Assembly (NCBI GenBank): GCA_036274735.1
Contig: DASUFD010000124.1
Span: 25,880 to 89,879, forward strand
DNA length: 64,000 nt
From: Burkholderiales bacterium
Lineage (GTDB): Bacteria; Pseudomonadota; Gammaproteobacteria; Burkholderiales; SG8-39
Direction of reading: 5' to 3'
The notes below the pieces were generated by a model that was given only the letters and a program-made list of their open reading frames with translations, made no database searches and was not told where the DNA came from. Position 1 is the first letter of the stretch. Every line of letters begins with the position of its first letter. Position numbers and translations under genes: made by a program. Positions 19,768 through 29,508 of the stretch are shown in pieces.

Positions 19768-19861
19768 GCCTGCACTCCTCCGGCTTGTTGTTGTGCCGAC
19801 ATCGTAGCAAACGAAACGGGGTCTGCGCCTGCGCGGCGACGACCTGCCAGCCTTCAGAGTT

Positions 19862-20929
19862 TCAAGCGGCGAGGCGGACGGGAATGCGGCGCGGGCCGAA
19901 CGGGCGGGCGAAGGCGCCGAAGCGCCCCGCGATCGCCGCGGTGCAATGCTGGCAGCGACCCGACTCGCTCACCCTATATTCCCCGATACGGTACCAGTCG
20001 CGCTCGATGACGCGCTCCTCGCAGGAGGCGCAGTAGGTCGAGCCGCCTTCCGCGTCGTGAACGTTGCCCGTGTAGACGTAGTTCAGCCCCGCGAGCCGCG
20101 CGATCTCGCGCGCGCGCGTGAGCGTAGCCGCAGGCGTCGCCCTCACATCGGTCATCTTCCAGTCGGGATGGAAGGCGGTGAAGTGCAGTGGCACGTCCGG
20201 TCCGAGGTGCTCGCGAATCCATCTGCATTGCGCCTGCAGCTCTTCGTCGGAGTCGTTCTTCCCCGGAATGAGCAGCGTCGTGATCTCGGTCCAGACGTCC
20301 GTCTCCTTCACGAGGTGGACGAGCGTGTCGAGCACCGGCTGCAGTCGGCCGCCGCACACCTTGAAGTAGAAGTCGTCGGTGAATGCCTTGAGGTCGACGT
20401 TCGCCGCGTCCATCTTCGTGTAGAACTCTCGGCGCGCCGCGTCGTGCATGTAGCCCGCCGTGACCGCGACGGTCTTCACGCCCTTCGCGTGGCACGCGTC
20501 GGCGATGTCCATCGCGTACTCGGCGAAGATCACCGGGTCGTTGTACGTGAACGCCACCGACCTGCAGCCCAGCCGCAGCGCCGCGTCCGCGATCGCCTCC
20601 GGTGCCGCCTCGTCCTGCAACCGGTCCATCTCGCGGGATTTCGAGATATCCCAGTTCTGGCAGAACTTGCACGCGAGATTGCATCCGGCGGTGCCGAAGG
20701 AGAGCACGCTCGAGCCGGGATAGAAGTGGTTGAGCGGCTTTTTCTCAATGGGATCGACGCAGAAGCCTGAGGAGCGGCCGTAGGTGGTGAGCACCATCGT
20801 GTCGCCCTCGCGCTTGCGCACGAAGCACAGGCCACGCTGGCCCTCGTGCAGCTTGCAGTCGCGGGGGCAAAGGTCGCACTGCACGCGCCCGTCGCCGAGC
20901 TTGTGCCACCAGCGGCCTGGGTGGCTCAT
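19862..20929 (-). CDS. amrS: AmmeMemoRadiSam system radical SAM enzyme
   Basis: ATG 20929 (ATGA overlap); CDLCPRDC, DPIEKKPL, CNLACKFC (CxxxCxxC), YVYTGN. Confidence 0.92.
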   Translation of the reverse strand: MSHPGRWWHKLGDGRVQCDLCPRDCKLHEGQRGLCFVRKREGDTMVLTTYGRSSGFCVDPIEKKPLNHFYPGSSVLSFGTAGCNLACKFCQNWDISKSREMDRLQDEAAPEAIADAALRLGCRSVAFTYNDPVIFAEYAMDIADACHAKGVKTVAVTAGYMHDAARREFYTKMDAANVDLKAFTDDFYFKVCGGRLQPVLDTLVHLVKETDVWTEITTLLIPGKNDSDEELQAQCRWIREHLGPDVPLHFTAFHPDWKMTDVRATPAATLTRAREIARLAGLNYVYTGNVHDAEGGSTYCASCEERVIERDWYRIGEYRVSESGRCQHCTAAIAGRFGAFARPFGPRRIPVRLAA

Positions 20930-22272
20930 TCCTTCCATTTTGCGACTCTGTAGCGAGAAACACGGCAGCGGCCCAGACGAATGTCGGCGGGCAGGCCTGC
21001 TTTGCGCGCGAGCTCGCGCAGGAACTGCCGCTTGTCGGAGATGCTCTCCCACACCTGGGGCAGGAAAGTAGCGCGCCGCCCGTCGGCTTCCAGGATCAGG
21101 CCGTCCTCGCCGGCCGCGATCTGCTCGAGGAGATCCGCCTCGTCGGCGAAGCGCATCGCCTTGGGCGGCGAGAGCAGCGAGACCTCGAGGCGGCAGCGCG
21201 GCCATTCGTCGGCGGCGACCGGCGGGAAGCGCGGATCGCGGAACGCCGCGCCGAGGGCATTCTCGGCGACGTCGACACCGAGCGGACGCGCCGCCTGGAG
21301 GCTGCCGATGCAACCGCGCAGCGCGCCCTCCCGGGTCAACGTGACGAACGTAGCCCCGGCCTGCGCGAGCCAGGGCGCCTCCAGCGAGGCGGCCGAGCCG
21401 TGGAGGCGGCTCTCGATCGCGCTACGCGCGATGCCGAGCAGGGTCGCGCCGGCTTGATCGAGCGACACGGCGTGCCCCGGCTCGTCGAGGGCGAACGCCG
21501 AATAGCCGACCACGCGGCCCTTGCCGCCGGCGGTGTCGCCCGAGTTGCACGCACCGAGCAGCCGAATCGAGAGGCGCTTTCGCTTCGCGAGCGCGAGCAG
21601 CCCGTTGAGCGGCGTCGCGCCGCATGCCTCGTCGTGGTCGAGGTCGCACGCGAGCTCGCCAATGCGCGCGACGGTGGAACTATCGATGCGCTGCGCTTCC
21701 GCGTAGCCGTGGTAATGCGACAGATCGGTGGACACCACAACCAGCGTCTCGCGTCCACCCCAGAGCCGCTCGATGACCTCGGCCACTTCCTCCACCGCCG
21801 CCATGCCGACGGCGAAGGGCACGAGCGAGAACTGGCCGAGCTGCTTCTGCAGGAACGGGAGCTGCACTTCGAGCGCGTGTTCCAGAGCATGCGCGGGGTC
21901 GCTTTCCACCACCTGCGGCAGGCCGCGCAGAGCCGAGAGCGCCTCGTGATCGATCGGCACGGCGCCGAGCGGCGTGGCAAAAGCGCGCGAGGCGGGCACT
22001 GCCAGGCCGCGCACGGGGACGCGATGCACCGGCCCCAGCACCACCACCCGGCGGACGATGCCGCGCGCGGGCGCGAGCTCGTCGTAGGCACGCGCGGCGA
22101 CCGGGCCCGAGTAGATGTAGCCGGCGTGCGGCACGATCAAGGCCTTGGGATGGCCGAGCCGCGGCTGCGGCTCGCCGGTGCCGGCCAGCAGATCCTCGAC
22201 CTCGGTCGCGAGAGCGCGAGGCTCGCCCGGGTAGAACGAGCCGGCCACGGCCGCGTTGCGCATGCTGCCCAT
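20926..22272 (-). CDS. amrB: fused AmmeMemoRadiSam protein B (MEMO1-like) and protein A (AMMECR1-like)
   Basis: AVAGSFYP, PHAGYIYSG, EHALEVQLP, STDLSHY; then LRGCIG, DPRFPP, ATFLPQVW. Confidence 0.92.
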   Translation of the reverse strand: MGSMRNAAVAGSFYPGEPRALATEVEDLLAGTGEPQPRLGHPKALIVPHAGYIYSGPVAARAYDELAPARGIVRRVVVLGPVHRVPVRGLAVPASRAFATPLGAVPIDHEALSALRGLPQVVESDPAHALEHALEVQLPFLQKQLGQFSLVPFAVGMAAVEEVAEVIERLWGGRETLVVVSTDLSHYHGYAEAQRIDSSTVARIGELACDLDHDEACGATPLNGLLALAKRKRLSIRLLGACNSGDTAGGKGRVVGYSAFALDEPGHAVSLDQAGATLLGIARSAIESRLHGSAASLEAPWLAQAGATFVTLTREGALRGCIGSLQAARPLGVDVAENALGAAFRDPRFPPVAADEWPRCRLEVSLLSPPKAMRFADEADLLEQIAAGEDGLILEADGRRATFLPQVWESISDKRQFLRELARKAGLPADIRLGRCRVSRYRVAKWKE

Positions 22273-22292
22273 GCCGCTATGTTGGGACGCGC

Positions 22293-22772
22293 TCAGGCGG
22301 AGTCAAGGCGTCCCAGCACGCCGCGCAGAGCGTGCTCGACGGACTGACGGCGCACTGCCCGCCGATCGCCGCGGAAGCGACGCGTCTCGCTCCAGGCGCT
22401 GCGGCCGCGAATCGCCCAGCCAAAGCAGACGGTGCCGACCGGCTTCGCCCGGCTGCCGCCGCCCGGACCCGCGACACCGGTGATCGCCAATGCAATGGTG
22501 CCTCGGCTGCGCGAGAGCGCGCCGAGGGCCATCTCGCGCGCCGTCGGCTCGCTCACGGCGCCGTGGCGCGCGAGCGTCCGCTTCTTGACGCCGAGCAGCT
22601 CTTCCTTGGCCGCGTTCGAGTAGGTCACGAATCCGCGCTCGAACCATGCGGACGAGCCGGCGATCGCGGTCACGGCCTGCGCCGCCCAGCCACCGGTGCA
22701 CGACTCGGCGGTGACGAGCAGCGCCTGCCTCGCCTGTAACGCGCGGCCCAGCTTTCGCGCGAGAGCATTCAC
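22293..22772 (-). CDS. pncC: CinA C-terminal / nicotinamide-nucleotide amidohydrolase
   Basis: GTG 22772 (GTGA overlap with pgpA); AESCTGG, VTYSN, GAVS, TGVAGPGGG, PVGTV. Confidence 0.92.
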   Translation of the reverse strand: MNALARKLGRALQARQALLVTAESCTGGWAAQAVTAIAGSSAWFERGFVTYSNAAKEELLGVKKRTLARHGAVSEPTAREMALGALSRSRGTIALAITGVAGPGGGSRAKPVGTVCFGWAIRGRSAWSETRRFRGDRRAVRRQSVEHALRGVLGRLDSA

Positions 22773-23260
22773 AGGAAGATGCGCCGTGCGAGCGCCAGCA
22801 CGATCAGTGCGTAGGCCGCGGCGAGCAGGTCGTCGAACATCACGCCGAAGCCCCCTTTCCAGCGCCGCTCGAAAGCGCGGATCGGCGGCGGCTTGGCGAT
22901 GTCGAAGGCGCGGAACATGATGAACGCCGCCGCCTGCCACGCCGGGTCGCGGGGCACGAGCGCGAGCATCCCGAGGAAGGCGACGATTTCGTCCCACACC
23001 ATGGCGCCATGATCGGCCACGCCCAGGTGGCGACCGGTGACGCCGCAAGCCCAGACACCGAGCAGGAAAAGCGCAGGGACGGCGGCGAGGAGCGCGAGCG
23101 GACCGACGACGGGGAGGAGGAGGGCGCCGAGCGCCCAGCCGGCGAGGCTGCCTGCGGTGCCCGGGGCGCGCGGCGTGAGCCCTGCGCCGAACCCCAGAGC
23201 CACGGCGTGCGCGGGATGGGAGAAAGCGAAGCTTGCGCTCGGCGGCGAGAGGGCGCTCAC
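22769..23260 (-). CDS. pgpA: phosphatidylglycerophosphatase A
   Basis: APGTAGS, DHGAMVWDE, FRAFDIAKP, GVMFDD; start GTG 23260. Confidence 0.93.
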   Translation of the reverse strand: MSALSPPSASFAFSHPAHAVALGFGAGLTPRAPGTAGSLAGWALGALLLPVVGPLALLAAVPALFLLGVWACGVTGRHLGVADHGAMVWDEIVAFLGMLALVPRDPAWQAAAFIMFRAFDIAKPPPIRAFERRWKGGFGVMFDDLLAAAYALIVLALARRIFL

Positions 23261-24186
23261 GCGAAGTGGTCGAATCCGCCGCGCTGCGGGATCGCCTGGC
23301 CGTCCGCGTCGAGCACCTCGAGCTTCGGCTCGCCGGCCCTCATGCTGCCGATGCGTGTCAGCGGCAGGCCGAGCTCCTCGCCGAGCGCGGCGATGGCCGC
23401 ACGGCGCGCGGGCGTGGCGGTGAAGGCGAGCTCGTAATCCTCGCCGCCGGAGAGCACGCAGTCGCGCTCGAGCATTGCGTCTTTCACCTCGGCGAAAGCG
23501 CGCGCACGCGGGAGGCGATCGTAGTAGATCTTCGCCCCCAGCCGCGATCGCTCGACGATGTGTCCAAGATCGCCCACCAGACCATCGGAGATGTCGATTG
23601 CGGCGTGCGCGATGCCGCGCAGGCGCTCGCCGAGCTCGACCCGGGGCTCGGGCTCGTGCAGCCGCCGCTCGGCTTCCTCGATTCCCGGCCGCTGAAGCGC
23701 GAGCGCGGCGCCGCCCAGCTCTCCGGACACCCAGATGTCGTCCTGCGGCTTCGCCGCCGAGCGGTACAGCGCCACTCCCGCCGGCACTTGGCCGAGGGCG
23801 ACGATATTGATGATCCGCGTCTCGGCGCGCGTCGTGTCGCCGCCGACCAGCTCGACGCCGAAGCGTGCCGCGAGTGCAAACAAGCCCGCCGAGAAGCGCT
23901 CGAGCCACTGCTCCTCGACCGAAGGCAGGCCGATCGACAGCAGCGCCCAACGCGGCGCGGCACCCATCGCGGCGAGGTCGGAAAGGTTGACGGCGAGCGC
24001 CTTGTGTCCGAGCTTGCGCGGGTCGGCGCCGGGCGAGAAATGGCGCCCCTCGACGAGCATGTCGGTGGTGAGCGCGAGCTCGAGGCCAGCATCGGCCCGC
24101 ACCAACGCGCAATCGTCGCCCAGCGCGTTCACTGTGCTGACGAGCGGGCGCTCGAAGTACCGCCGGATGAGCTCGAACTCGTTCAG
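23257..24186 (-). CDS. thiL: thiamine-phosphate kinase (probable CTG start)
   Basis: [41 protein letters not shown]. Confidence 0.93.
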   Translation of the reverse strand: MNEFELIRRYFERPLVSTVNALGDDCALVRADAGLELALTTDMLVEGRHFSPGADPRKLGHKALAVNLSDLAAMGAAPRWALLSIGLPSVEEQWLERFSAGLFALAARFGVELVGGDTTRAETRIINIVALGQVPAGVALYRSAAKPQDDIWVSGELGGAALALQRPGIEEAERRLHEPEPRVELGERLRGIAHAAIDISDGLVGDLGHIVERSRLGAKIYYDRLPRARAFAEVKDAMLERDCVLSGGEDYELAFTATPARRAAIAALGEELGLPLTRIGSMRAGEPKLEVLDADGQAIPQRGGFDHFA

Positions 24187-24611
24187 GCGATCTTGCGCGC
24201 GCGCGCGACTTCTTCCGGGCGCAGCTGCGCGGCGACTTTCTCCAGGACGCCGTTCACAAAGCGGTGGCCTTCGGCGGCGCCGAAGCTCTTGCCGAGCTCG
24301 ACCGCCTCGTTCAGCACCACCTTGAAGGGCGTCTCCGGATGGGCGACGAGCTCGAAGGCGCCGATGTAGAGGATCGCGCGCTCGACCGGCGAGAGCCGCC
24401 CGGGACTGCGGTCGAGGTGCGGGGCGATCAGGCGGTCGAGCTCCGCGACGCGCTCGCGCACGCCGCGCACCAATGACTCGACGAACGCGCGATCGGCCCG
24501 GCCGGACTCTTCCAGGCCGAGCGCCGCCTCGAGCGGGTCGGCCCCGGAAAGCTGCCAGGCATAGAGGGCCTGCAGCGCGTTCTCGCGGGCCTGTCGCCTA
24601 GCGCTTTTCAT
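24183..24611 (-). CDS. nusB: transcription antitermination factor NusB
   Basis: [30 protein letters not shown]. Confidence 0.96.
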   Translation of the reverse strand: MKSARRQARENALQALYAWQLSGADPLEAALGLEESGRADRAFVESLVRGVRERVAELDRLIAPHLDRSPGRLSPVERAILYIGAFELVAHPETPFKVVLNEAVELGKSFGAAEGHRFVNGVLEKVAAQLRPEEVARARKIA

Positions 24612-25011
24612 CGAGAGAACCTTTCAGGCGCACCATTTCCACGGCGACGCGCACCGCCTCCGCGCCCTTATCGAGCCGCGCCTCGGCCTGCGCCTCGTCT
24701 TCGGTGGTGAGGATGCCGTTCGCCACCGGCAGGCCGAAGTCGAGCGCCACGTCCATCACGCCGCGCGCCGACTCGTTGGCCACCACCTCGAAATGGTAGG
24801 TCTCGCCGCGAATCACCGCGCCGAGCGCGACCAGCGCGTCGAAGCGGCCGCTCTGCGCGAGCCACTGCAGCGCGAGCGGGATCTCCAGCGCACCGGGCAC
24901 TTGCAACACCGATGTATTGGCGCCTAGGCGCTCGGCCTCGCGGCGCGCGCGCTCGAGCAGCTGCGCGGCGAGCGGCTCGTTGAACCGGCTGGCGACGATG
25001 CCGAGGCGCAT
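24598..25011 (-). CDS. ribH: 6,7-dimethyl-8-ribityllumazine synthase
   Basis: [24 protein letters not shown]. Confidence 0.96.
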   Translation of the reverse strand: MRLGIVASRFNEPLAAQLLERARREAERLGANTSVLQVPGALEIPLALQWLAQSGRFDALVALGAVIRGETYHFEVVANESARGVMDVALDFGLPVANGILTTEDEAQAEARLDKGAEAVRVAVEMVRLKGSLDEKR

Positions 25012-25017
25012 GGCGCC

Positions 25018-26130
25018 TTACCGCGTCAGGTAACCGCTGACTTCGAGACCGAAGCCGGCCATGCTCGGCATCTTGCGCGGCGCCGCCATCAGCTTCATCC
25101 GGCCGACGCCGAGCTCGCGCAGGATCTGCGCGCCAATGCCGTAGACACGCAGATCGGCGCTGCGTCCGCCCTGCGGCCTGTCGTTTTCGCTGCTTGCGGT
25201 GAGCCGCGTGGACAGCGACTCGACGCTCTGCGTGCAGTTGAGCAGCACCATGACGCCGCGGCCGGTCTCCCGGATCGCCGCCAGCGCCTCGCCCACGCCC
25301 CAGGAATGCGTCCCGGGTCCGGCATCGAGCAGGTCGATCACGGAAAGCGGCTCGTGAACGCGCACCAACACCTCGTCCTCTCGGCCGTAGCGGCCGAGAA
25401 CCAGCGCGAGATGCATTGCGCCGAGCGCGAGGTCGCGGAACGCGACCATGCGGAAGCGGCCCCAGGCGGTATCGATGTCGCGTTCGAGCGTGCGTTGCAC
25501 AAGCGACTCGTTGCGGCTGCGGTACTCGATCAGGTCGGCAATAGTGCCAATCTTGAGGCCGTGCTCCGCGGCGAACGGCACCAAGTCCGGAAGTCGCGCC
25601 ATGGTCCCGTCGTCGCGCATGATCTCGCAAAGCACGGCGGCCGGGGTGAGGCCGGCGAGACGGGCGAGGTCGCAGCAGGCTTCGGTGTGGCCCGCGCGAA
25701 CCAGGACGCCGCCGGGCTGGGCGATGAGCGGGAAGACATGGCCAGGCTGCACCACGTCCTCGGGGCGCGCCTCGGGCGACGCGGCGACCTTGATCGTGAG
25801 CGCACGGTCGTGCGCGGATATCCCTGTGGTGATGCCTTCCGCGGCCTCGATCGAAACAGTGAAGTTGGTGCCGTGGCGCGAGCGATTCTGCGCGACCATC
25901 GGCTTCAGTCCGAGCCGCGCGGCGTGCGCCTCGGTGATCGGCATGCAGATCAGCCCTCGCCCGTGCCGCGCGAGGAAATTGATCTTCTCCGGTGAGACGA
26001 AATCGGCGGCGAACACCAGGTCGCCCTCGTTCTCGCGGTCCTCGTCGTCGACGAGGATGACGATCTCGCCCGCCCGTACCGCCGCAACGATTTCGGCAGT
26101 CGGGCTGATGGCGGCGGATTCGCGGCGCAT
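25018..26130 (-). CDS. ribB: DHBP synthase fused to a degenerate GTP cyclohydrolase II-like domain
   Basis: DDEDRENEGD, PGHVFP, RAGHTEA; C-terminal domain VRVH..YGIGAQIL lacks the Zn-binding cysteines. Confidence 0.93.
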   Translation of the reverse strand: MRRESAAISPTAEIVAAVRAGEIVILVDDEDRENEGDLVFAADFVSPEKINFLARHGRGLICMPITEAHAARLGLKPMVAQNRSRHGTNFTVSIEAAEGITTGISAHDRALTIKVAASPEARPEDVVQPGHVFPLIAQPGGVLVRAGHTEACCDLARLAGLTPAAVLCEIMRDDGTMARLPDLVPFAAEHGLKIGTIADLIEYRSRNESLVQRTLERDIDTAWGRFRMVAFRDLALGAMHLALVLGRYGREDEVLVRVHEPLSVIDLLDAGPGTHSWGVGEALAAIRETGRGVMVLLNCTQSVESLSTRLTASSENDRPQGGRSADLRVYGIGAQILRELGVGRMKLMAAPRKMPSMAGFGLEVSGYLTR

Positions 26131-26157
26131 GGGCGCGATTTTACGCCGCCCCGGGGC

Positions 26158-26553
26158 TTACTCCTGCGCTTGCCCTTCGGCCGCACTCTTGTCGCTGCTC
26201 TCCCCGAGCTTCTCGCGGATGCGGGCCGATTTTCCGGAGCGGCCGCGCAGGTAGTAGAGCTTGGCGCGGCGCACCTCGCCCTTGCGCTTGACTTCGATGG
26301 AAGCGATGAGCGGCGAGTAGGTCTGGAAAGTGCGCTCGACGCCCTCGCCCGAGGAGATCTTGCGTACGATGAACGACGAATTAAGGCCGCGATTCCTCTT
26401 GGCGATCACCATGCCTTCGAAGGCCTGAACGCGCTTGCGCTCGCCTTCCACGACGTTCACGTTCACGAGCACGGTGTCGCCGGGGGAGAAGTCCGGGATG
26501 TTCTTCGCCAGCCGCTTGATCTCTTCTTGCTCCAGCGTCTTGATCAGGTCCAT
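26158..26553 (-). CDS. rplS: 50S ribosomal protein L19
   Basis: [23 protein letters not shown]. Confidence 0.98.
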   Translation of the reverse strand: MDLIKTLEQEEIKRLAKNIPDFSPGDTVLVNVNVVEGERKRVQAFEGMVIAKRNRGLNSSFIVRKISSGEGVERTFQTYSPLIASIEVKRKGEVRRAKLYYLRGRSGKSARIREKLGESSDKSAAEGQAQE

Positions 26554-26562
26554 TGTCAGCTC

Positions 26563-27309
26563 CTAAGCCCTATATTCTCGCTGGAATTCCGCCAGCAGAG
26601 TGCGTTCCTCTTCCGTCATGCCGCGCGCCTGGAGCAGCTCCGGCCTTCTCAGCCAGGTGCGCCCCAGGGCCTGCTTCAGCCGCCAGCGCCGGATCTCGGC
26701 GTGGTGGCCCGACAGGAGCACCGCCGGCACGCGCTGCCCCTGCTCGTCCTCCGGCCAGCGCTCGGGCCGCGTGTAGTGCGGGCAGTCGAGCAGCGCCTGG
26801 GCGAACGACTCCTCGAGCGCCGAGCGTTCGTCGCCGAGCGCGCCGGGCAGCTGCCGTACGCAGGCGTCGATGAGCGCCATCGCCGCGAGCTCCCCGCCCG
26901 AGAGCACGAAGTCGCCGAGGGAGAGCTCCTCGTCGACGCGCCGGTCGAGCAGCCGCTCGTCGACGCCCTCGTAGCGACCGCAGAGCAGCGTCAGGCCCGC
27001 TTCCTTCGACAGTTCCATCACCCTCGCCTGCGCCAGCCTCCTGCCCTGCGGCGACAGGTAGATCACCCGGCCGCCGCCCGCGGCCCTCGCCGCGTCCAAT
27101 GCCTTGTCCAGCGGCGCGGCGAGCATCACCATGCCCGGTCCGCCGCCGTACGGACGGTCATCGACCGTCCGGTAGTTGTCCGTCGTGAAATCGCGCGGAT
27201 TCCACGTTTGCAGGCGCCACAGCCCCGCGTGCAAGGCGCGGCCGGTGATGCCGCTTTGCGTCACGGCGGCGAACATCTCCGGGAAAAGCGTGATCACGTC
27301 GAAGCGCAT
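26563..27309 (-). CDS. trmD: tRNA (guanine-N1)-methyltransferase
   Basis: Start [35 protein letters not shown]. Confidence 0.98.
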   Translation of the reverse strand: MRFDVITLFPEMFAAVTQSGITGRALHAGLWRLQTWNPRDFTTDNYRTVDDRPYGGGPGMVMLAAPLDKALDAARAAGGGRVIYLSPQGRRLAQARVMELSKEAGLTLLCGRYEGVDERLLDRRVDEELSLGDFVLSGGELAAMALIDACVRQLPGALGDERSALEESFAQALLDCPHYTRPERWPEDEQGQRVPAVLLSGHHAEIRRWRLKQALGRTWLRRPELLQARGMTEEERTLLAEFQREYRA

Positions 27310-27830
27310 CACCAGTCTCTTCCCCACTCCACGGTGATCTGTCGCGCCGGCAGATCCACCTCTTTCACGACCGACGAGACCCAAGGCATCAGGTAGGTAC
27401 GCTCGCCCGCCACTTCCATCACGTCCTGCGCGCCGTTGGAGAAGAGGCGCGCGACCACACCCAACCGCTCGCCCTGCTCGTTCACCACCTCAAGGCCCAC
27501 CAGGTCGTCGAGGTAGTAGCGGCCTTCGCCCGGGTCCGGCAGCGCGTCGCGCCGCATCCAGACCGAGTCGCCTTTCAGCCGCTCGGCCTGCTCCGGGCTC
27601 TCCATGCCGGCAAGCTTCGCGACCACCGTCGTGCCGTGCACCTTGGCCTCGATGACCGGGTAAGCGCGCCCGCCGATCCACCATTCCTCGGCAGCGGCCA
27701 ATGTGTCGAGGACTCCGCCGCCTGGCACGGCCTTCAGCCATCCGCGCACGCCGTAGGCGCCGGCGACGCGGCCCATCTCGATCAGTCGATCGGCCCTACT
27801 TCCCGGCGGATCAGGCCGCCTTTTTTGCAA
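27309..27830 (-). CDS. rimM: ribosome maturation factor RimM (start uncertain)
   Basis: [25 protein letters not shown]; lies between rpsP and trmD. Confidence 0.93.
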   Translation of the reverse strand: MQKRRPDPPGSRADRLIEMGRVAGAYGVRGWLKAVPGGGVLDTLAAAEEWWIGGRAYPVIEAKVHGTTVVAKLAGMESPEQAERLKGDSVWMRRDALPDPGEGRYYLDDLVGLEVVNEQGERLGVVARLFSNGAQDVMEVAGERTYLMPWVSSVVKEVDLPARQITVEWGRDW

Positions 27831-28062
27831 ACTGCTTGACGAGCCGCTGCGCGGTCGGCGAAAGCTGCGCGCCGCGCCCTTCCCAATGCTTGACGCGCTC
27901 GAGGTTCACGCGCAGCGCTTCGCGGCCTTGCGGCGCCTTCGGGTCGTAGAAGCCGACGCGCTCGAGAAACTTTCCGGACGCGGCGCGCCGCGAGTCGGCC
28001 ACCACCAAGTGGTAGAACGGGCGCTTATTCGCGCCGCCGCGCTGCAGTCGAATCACCACCAT
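27811..28062 (-). CDS. rpsP: 30S ribosomal protein S16
   Basis: [30 protein letters not shown]. Confidence 0.97.
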   Translation of the reverse strand: MVVIRLQRGGANKRPFYHLVVADSRRAASGKFLERVGFYDPKAPQGREALRVNLERVKHWEGRGAQLSPTAQRLVKQFAKKAA

Positions 28063-28095
28063 ATGAATTTGTCCCGGGACTGCGAAAAGGCGCGG

Positions 28096-28105
28096 ATTAT
28101 ACAAT
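28096..28105. promoter_or_regulatory. overlapping divergent -10 boxes (rpsP operon / mce operon)
   Basis: TATAAT on the minus strand (28101-28096) overlaps TACAAT on the plus strand (28100-28105). Confidence 0.5.
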
Positions 28106-28123
28106 AGCCCCGGGGAAGGGAGG

Positions 28124-28900
28124 ATGGTGCGCGCGCTTCGCAGAGTCGAAGGGGGGATGCGTCTGTCGGCGGCGTTCGCGACGCGGCTGGGCGCTCTGCG
28201 CCGTCCCCCGGTTCTCGAGTCGTTCCTGCGCCAAGTCTATTTCACCGGCGTCACCGCCGCCACCGGTGTAGTGCTGCGCGCCTCGGCGCTCGGCGTGCTG
28301 ATCATCGCGATCACGATGGACGTGCTCGATGCCGACGTCGACCTCGCCGTGAAGATCCTCCTCGCCGTGGTGTTCCGCGAGATCGGTCCCCTTGCCGCCG
28401 CGACGGTCGTAATCCTGCGCAGCGGTACGGCGATGTCGGCGGAAGTCGCCATGATGCGCGTCTCCGGCCAGACGCGCGCGCTGCGCCATCTCGGCATCGA
28501 CCTTTACGATTACCTCGTGGTTCCGCGCGTCGCGGCGGTGATGCTCGCGACGTTGGTTCTCACCTTTTACATCCAGTGCCTCGCCGTCTTGGGCGGTCTC
28601 GCGCTGAGCCCGTTCATCATCGATGCCTCCTTCACCGAGTTGACGGAGCGGCTTTTCCAGCTCTTCGCGCCTGTCGACTTCTTCTACTCGACGGTGAAGG
28701 CGCTGCTTTTCGGGTTCGCCGTCGCTGTCTGCTGCTGCTATCACGGGCTCAATCCCCCGGACCTAACGCTGAACGCCGTGCCAAAAGTCGTGACCCGCGC
28801 CGTCACGCAAAGCGCCATGCTCGTGCTGGCGATCAACGCGGCTTTCGCGTACCTCGTGTTCGGCATCCTGTTCTTCGGCCTGGTGACCGCCAAGCTATGA
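28124..28900 (+). CDS. MlaE/YrbE-family ABC permease
   Basis: [37 protein letters not shown]. Confidence 0.88.
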   Translation: MVRALRRVEGGMRLSAAFATRLGALRRPPVLESFLRQVYFTGVTAATGVVLRASALGVLIIAITMDVLDADVDLAVKILLAVVFREIGPLAAATVVILRSGTAMSAEVAMMRVSGQTRALRHLGIDLYDYLVVPRVAAVMLATLVLTFYIQCLAVLGGLALSPFIIDASFTELTERLFQLFAPVDFFYSTVKALLFGFAVAVCCCYHGLNPPDLTLNAVPKVVTRAVTQSAMLVLAINAAFAYLVFGILFFGLVTAKL

Positions 28901-29508
28901 AGTCCGAGGCCGGGCTCGCGGTGAGCTATCTGCGTACCGACGGGATTGCCGAGATTTACGTCGGCGTGCCAGCCGGCACCGTCGCCCGGGTGCACCTCCC
29001 CGGCGAGGCCGCGCGGGCGCGATTCGTCACCGCCCTGCTCAAGGCGAAGTGCGAGTCGGGCGACGCGCTGGAGCTCTTCGGGGAGCCGGTCGCGGGCCTA
29101 GCGCCGCAGGCGCGCGCGCGCCTGCGCCGGCGTGTCGCCGCACTCTCGCCCATCGTCGGCCTCATGACCAATCTCAACGTCTGGGAGAACGTGTCGCTTC
29201 CCGCCGCGTACCATGGCACGCCGCCGCTCGATCGCGTCGCCGGGCTTGCCGTGGAGCTGCTCGCGGACCTCGGCGTAGAGCCGCGGACGTTCCTTGCCCG
29301 GCTCCCCGAGGAGCTCGATGCTTTCGAGCGCAAGCTCGCCGCATTCCTGCGTCTGCTCGTCGCGCGGCCGGAACTCGCGCTCCTCGACGGCCTCGACGAG
29401 GGGCTGGGCCGCGCGGAGCGCTCGCGCATCGAGCGCTTCGAGACCGAGCTGCGCGAGCGGCTGCCGCTTGCCACGCTGCTCTACGTCGATTGCAAGGAGG
29501 AAGACTGA
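28897..29508 (+). CDS. degenerate MlaF-like ABC ATPase fold (catalytic motifs lost)
   Basis: ATG 28897 overlapping the upstream TGA. NLNVWENVSLP and PELALLD retained; no Walker A, signature motif or catalytic Glu. Confidence 0.75.
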   Translation: MKSEAGLAVSYLRTDGIAEIYVGVPAGTVARVHLPGEAARARFVTALLKAKCESGDALELFGEPVAGLAPQARARLRRRVAALSPIVGLMTNLNVWENVSLPAAYHGTPPLDRVAGLAVELLADLGVEPRTFLARLPEELDAFERKLAAFLRLLVARPELALLDGLDEGLGRAERSRIERFETELRERLPLATLLYVDCKEED

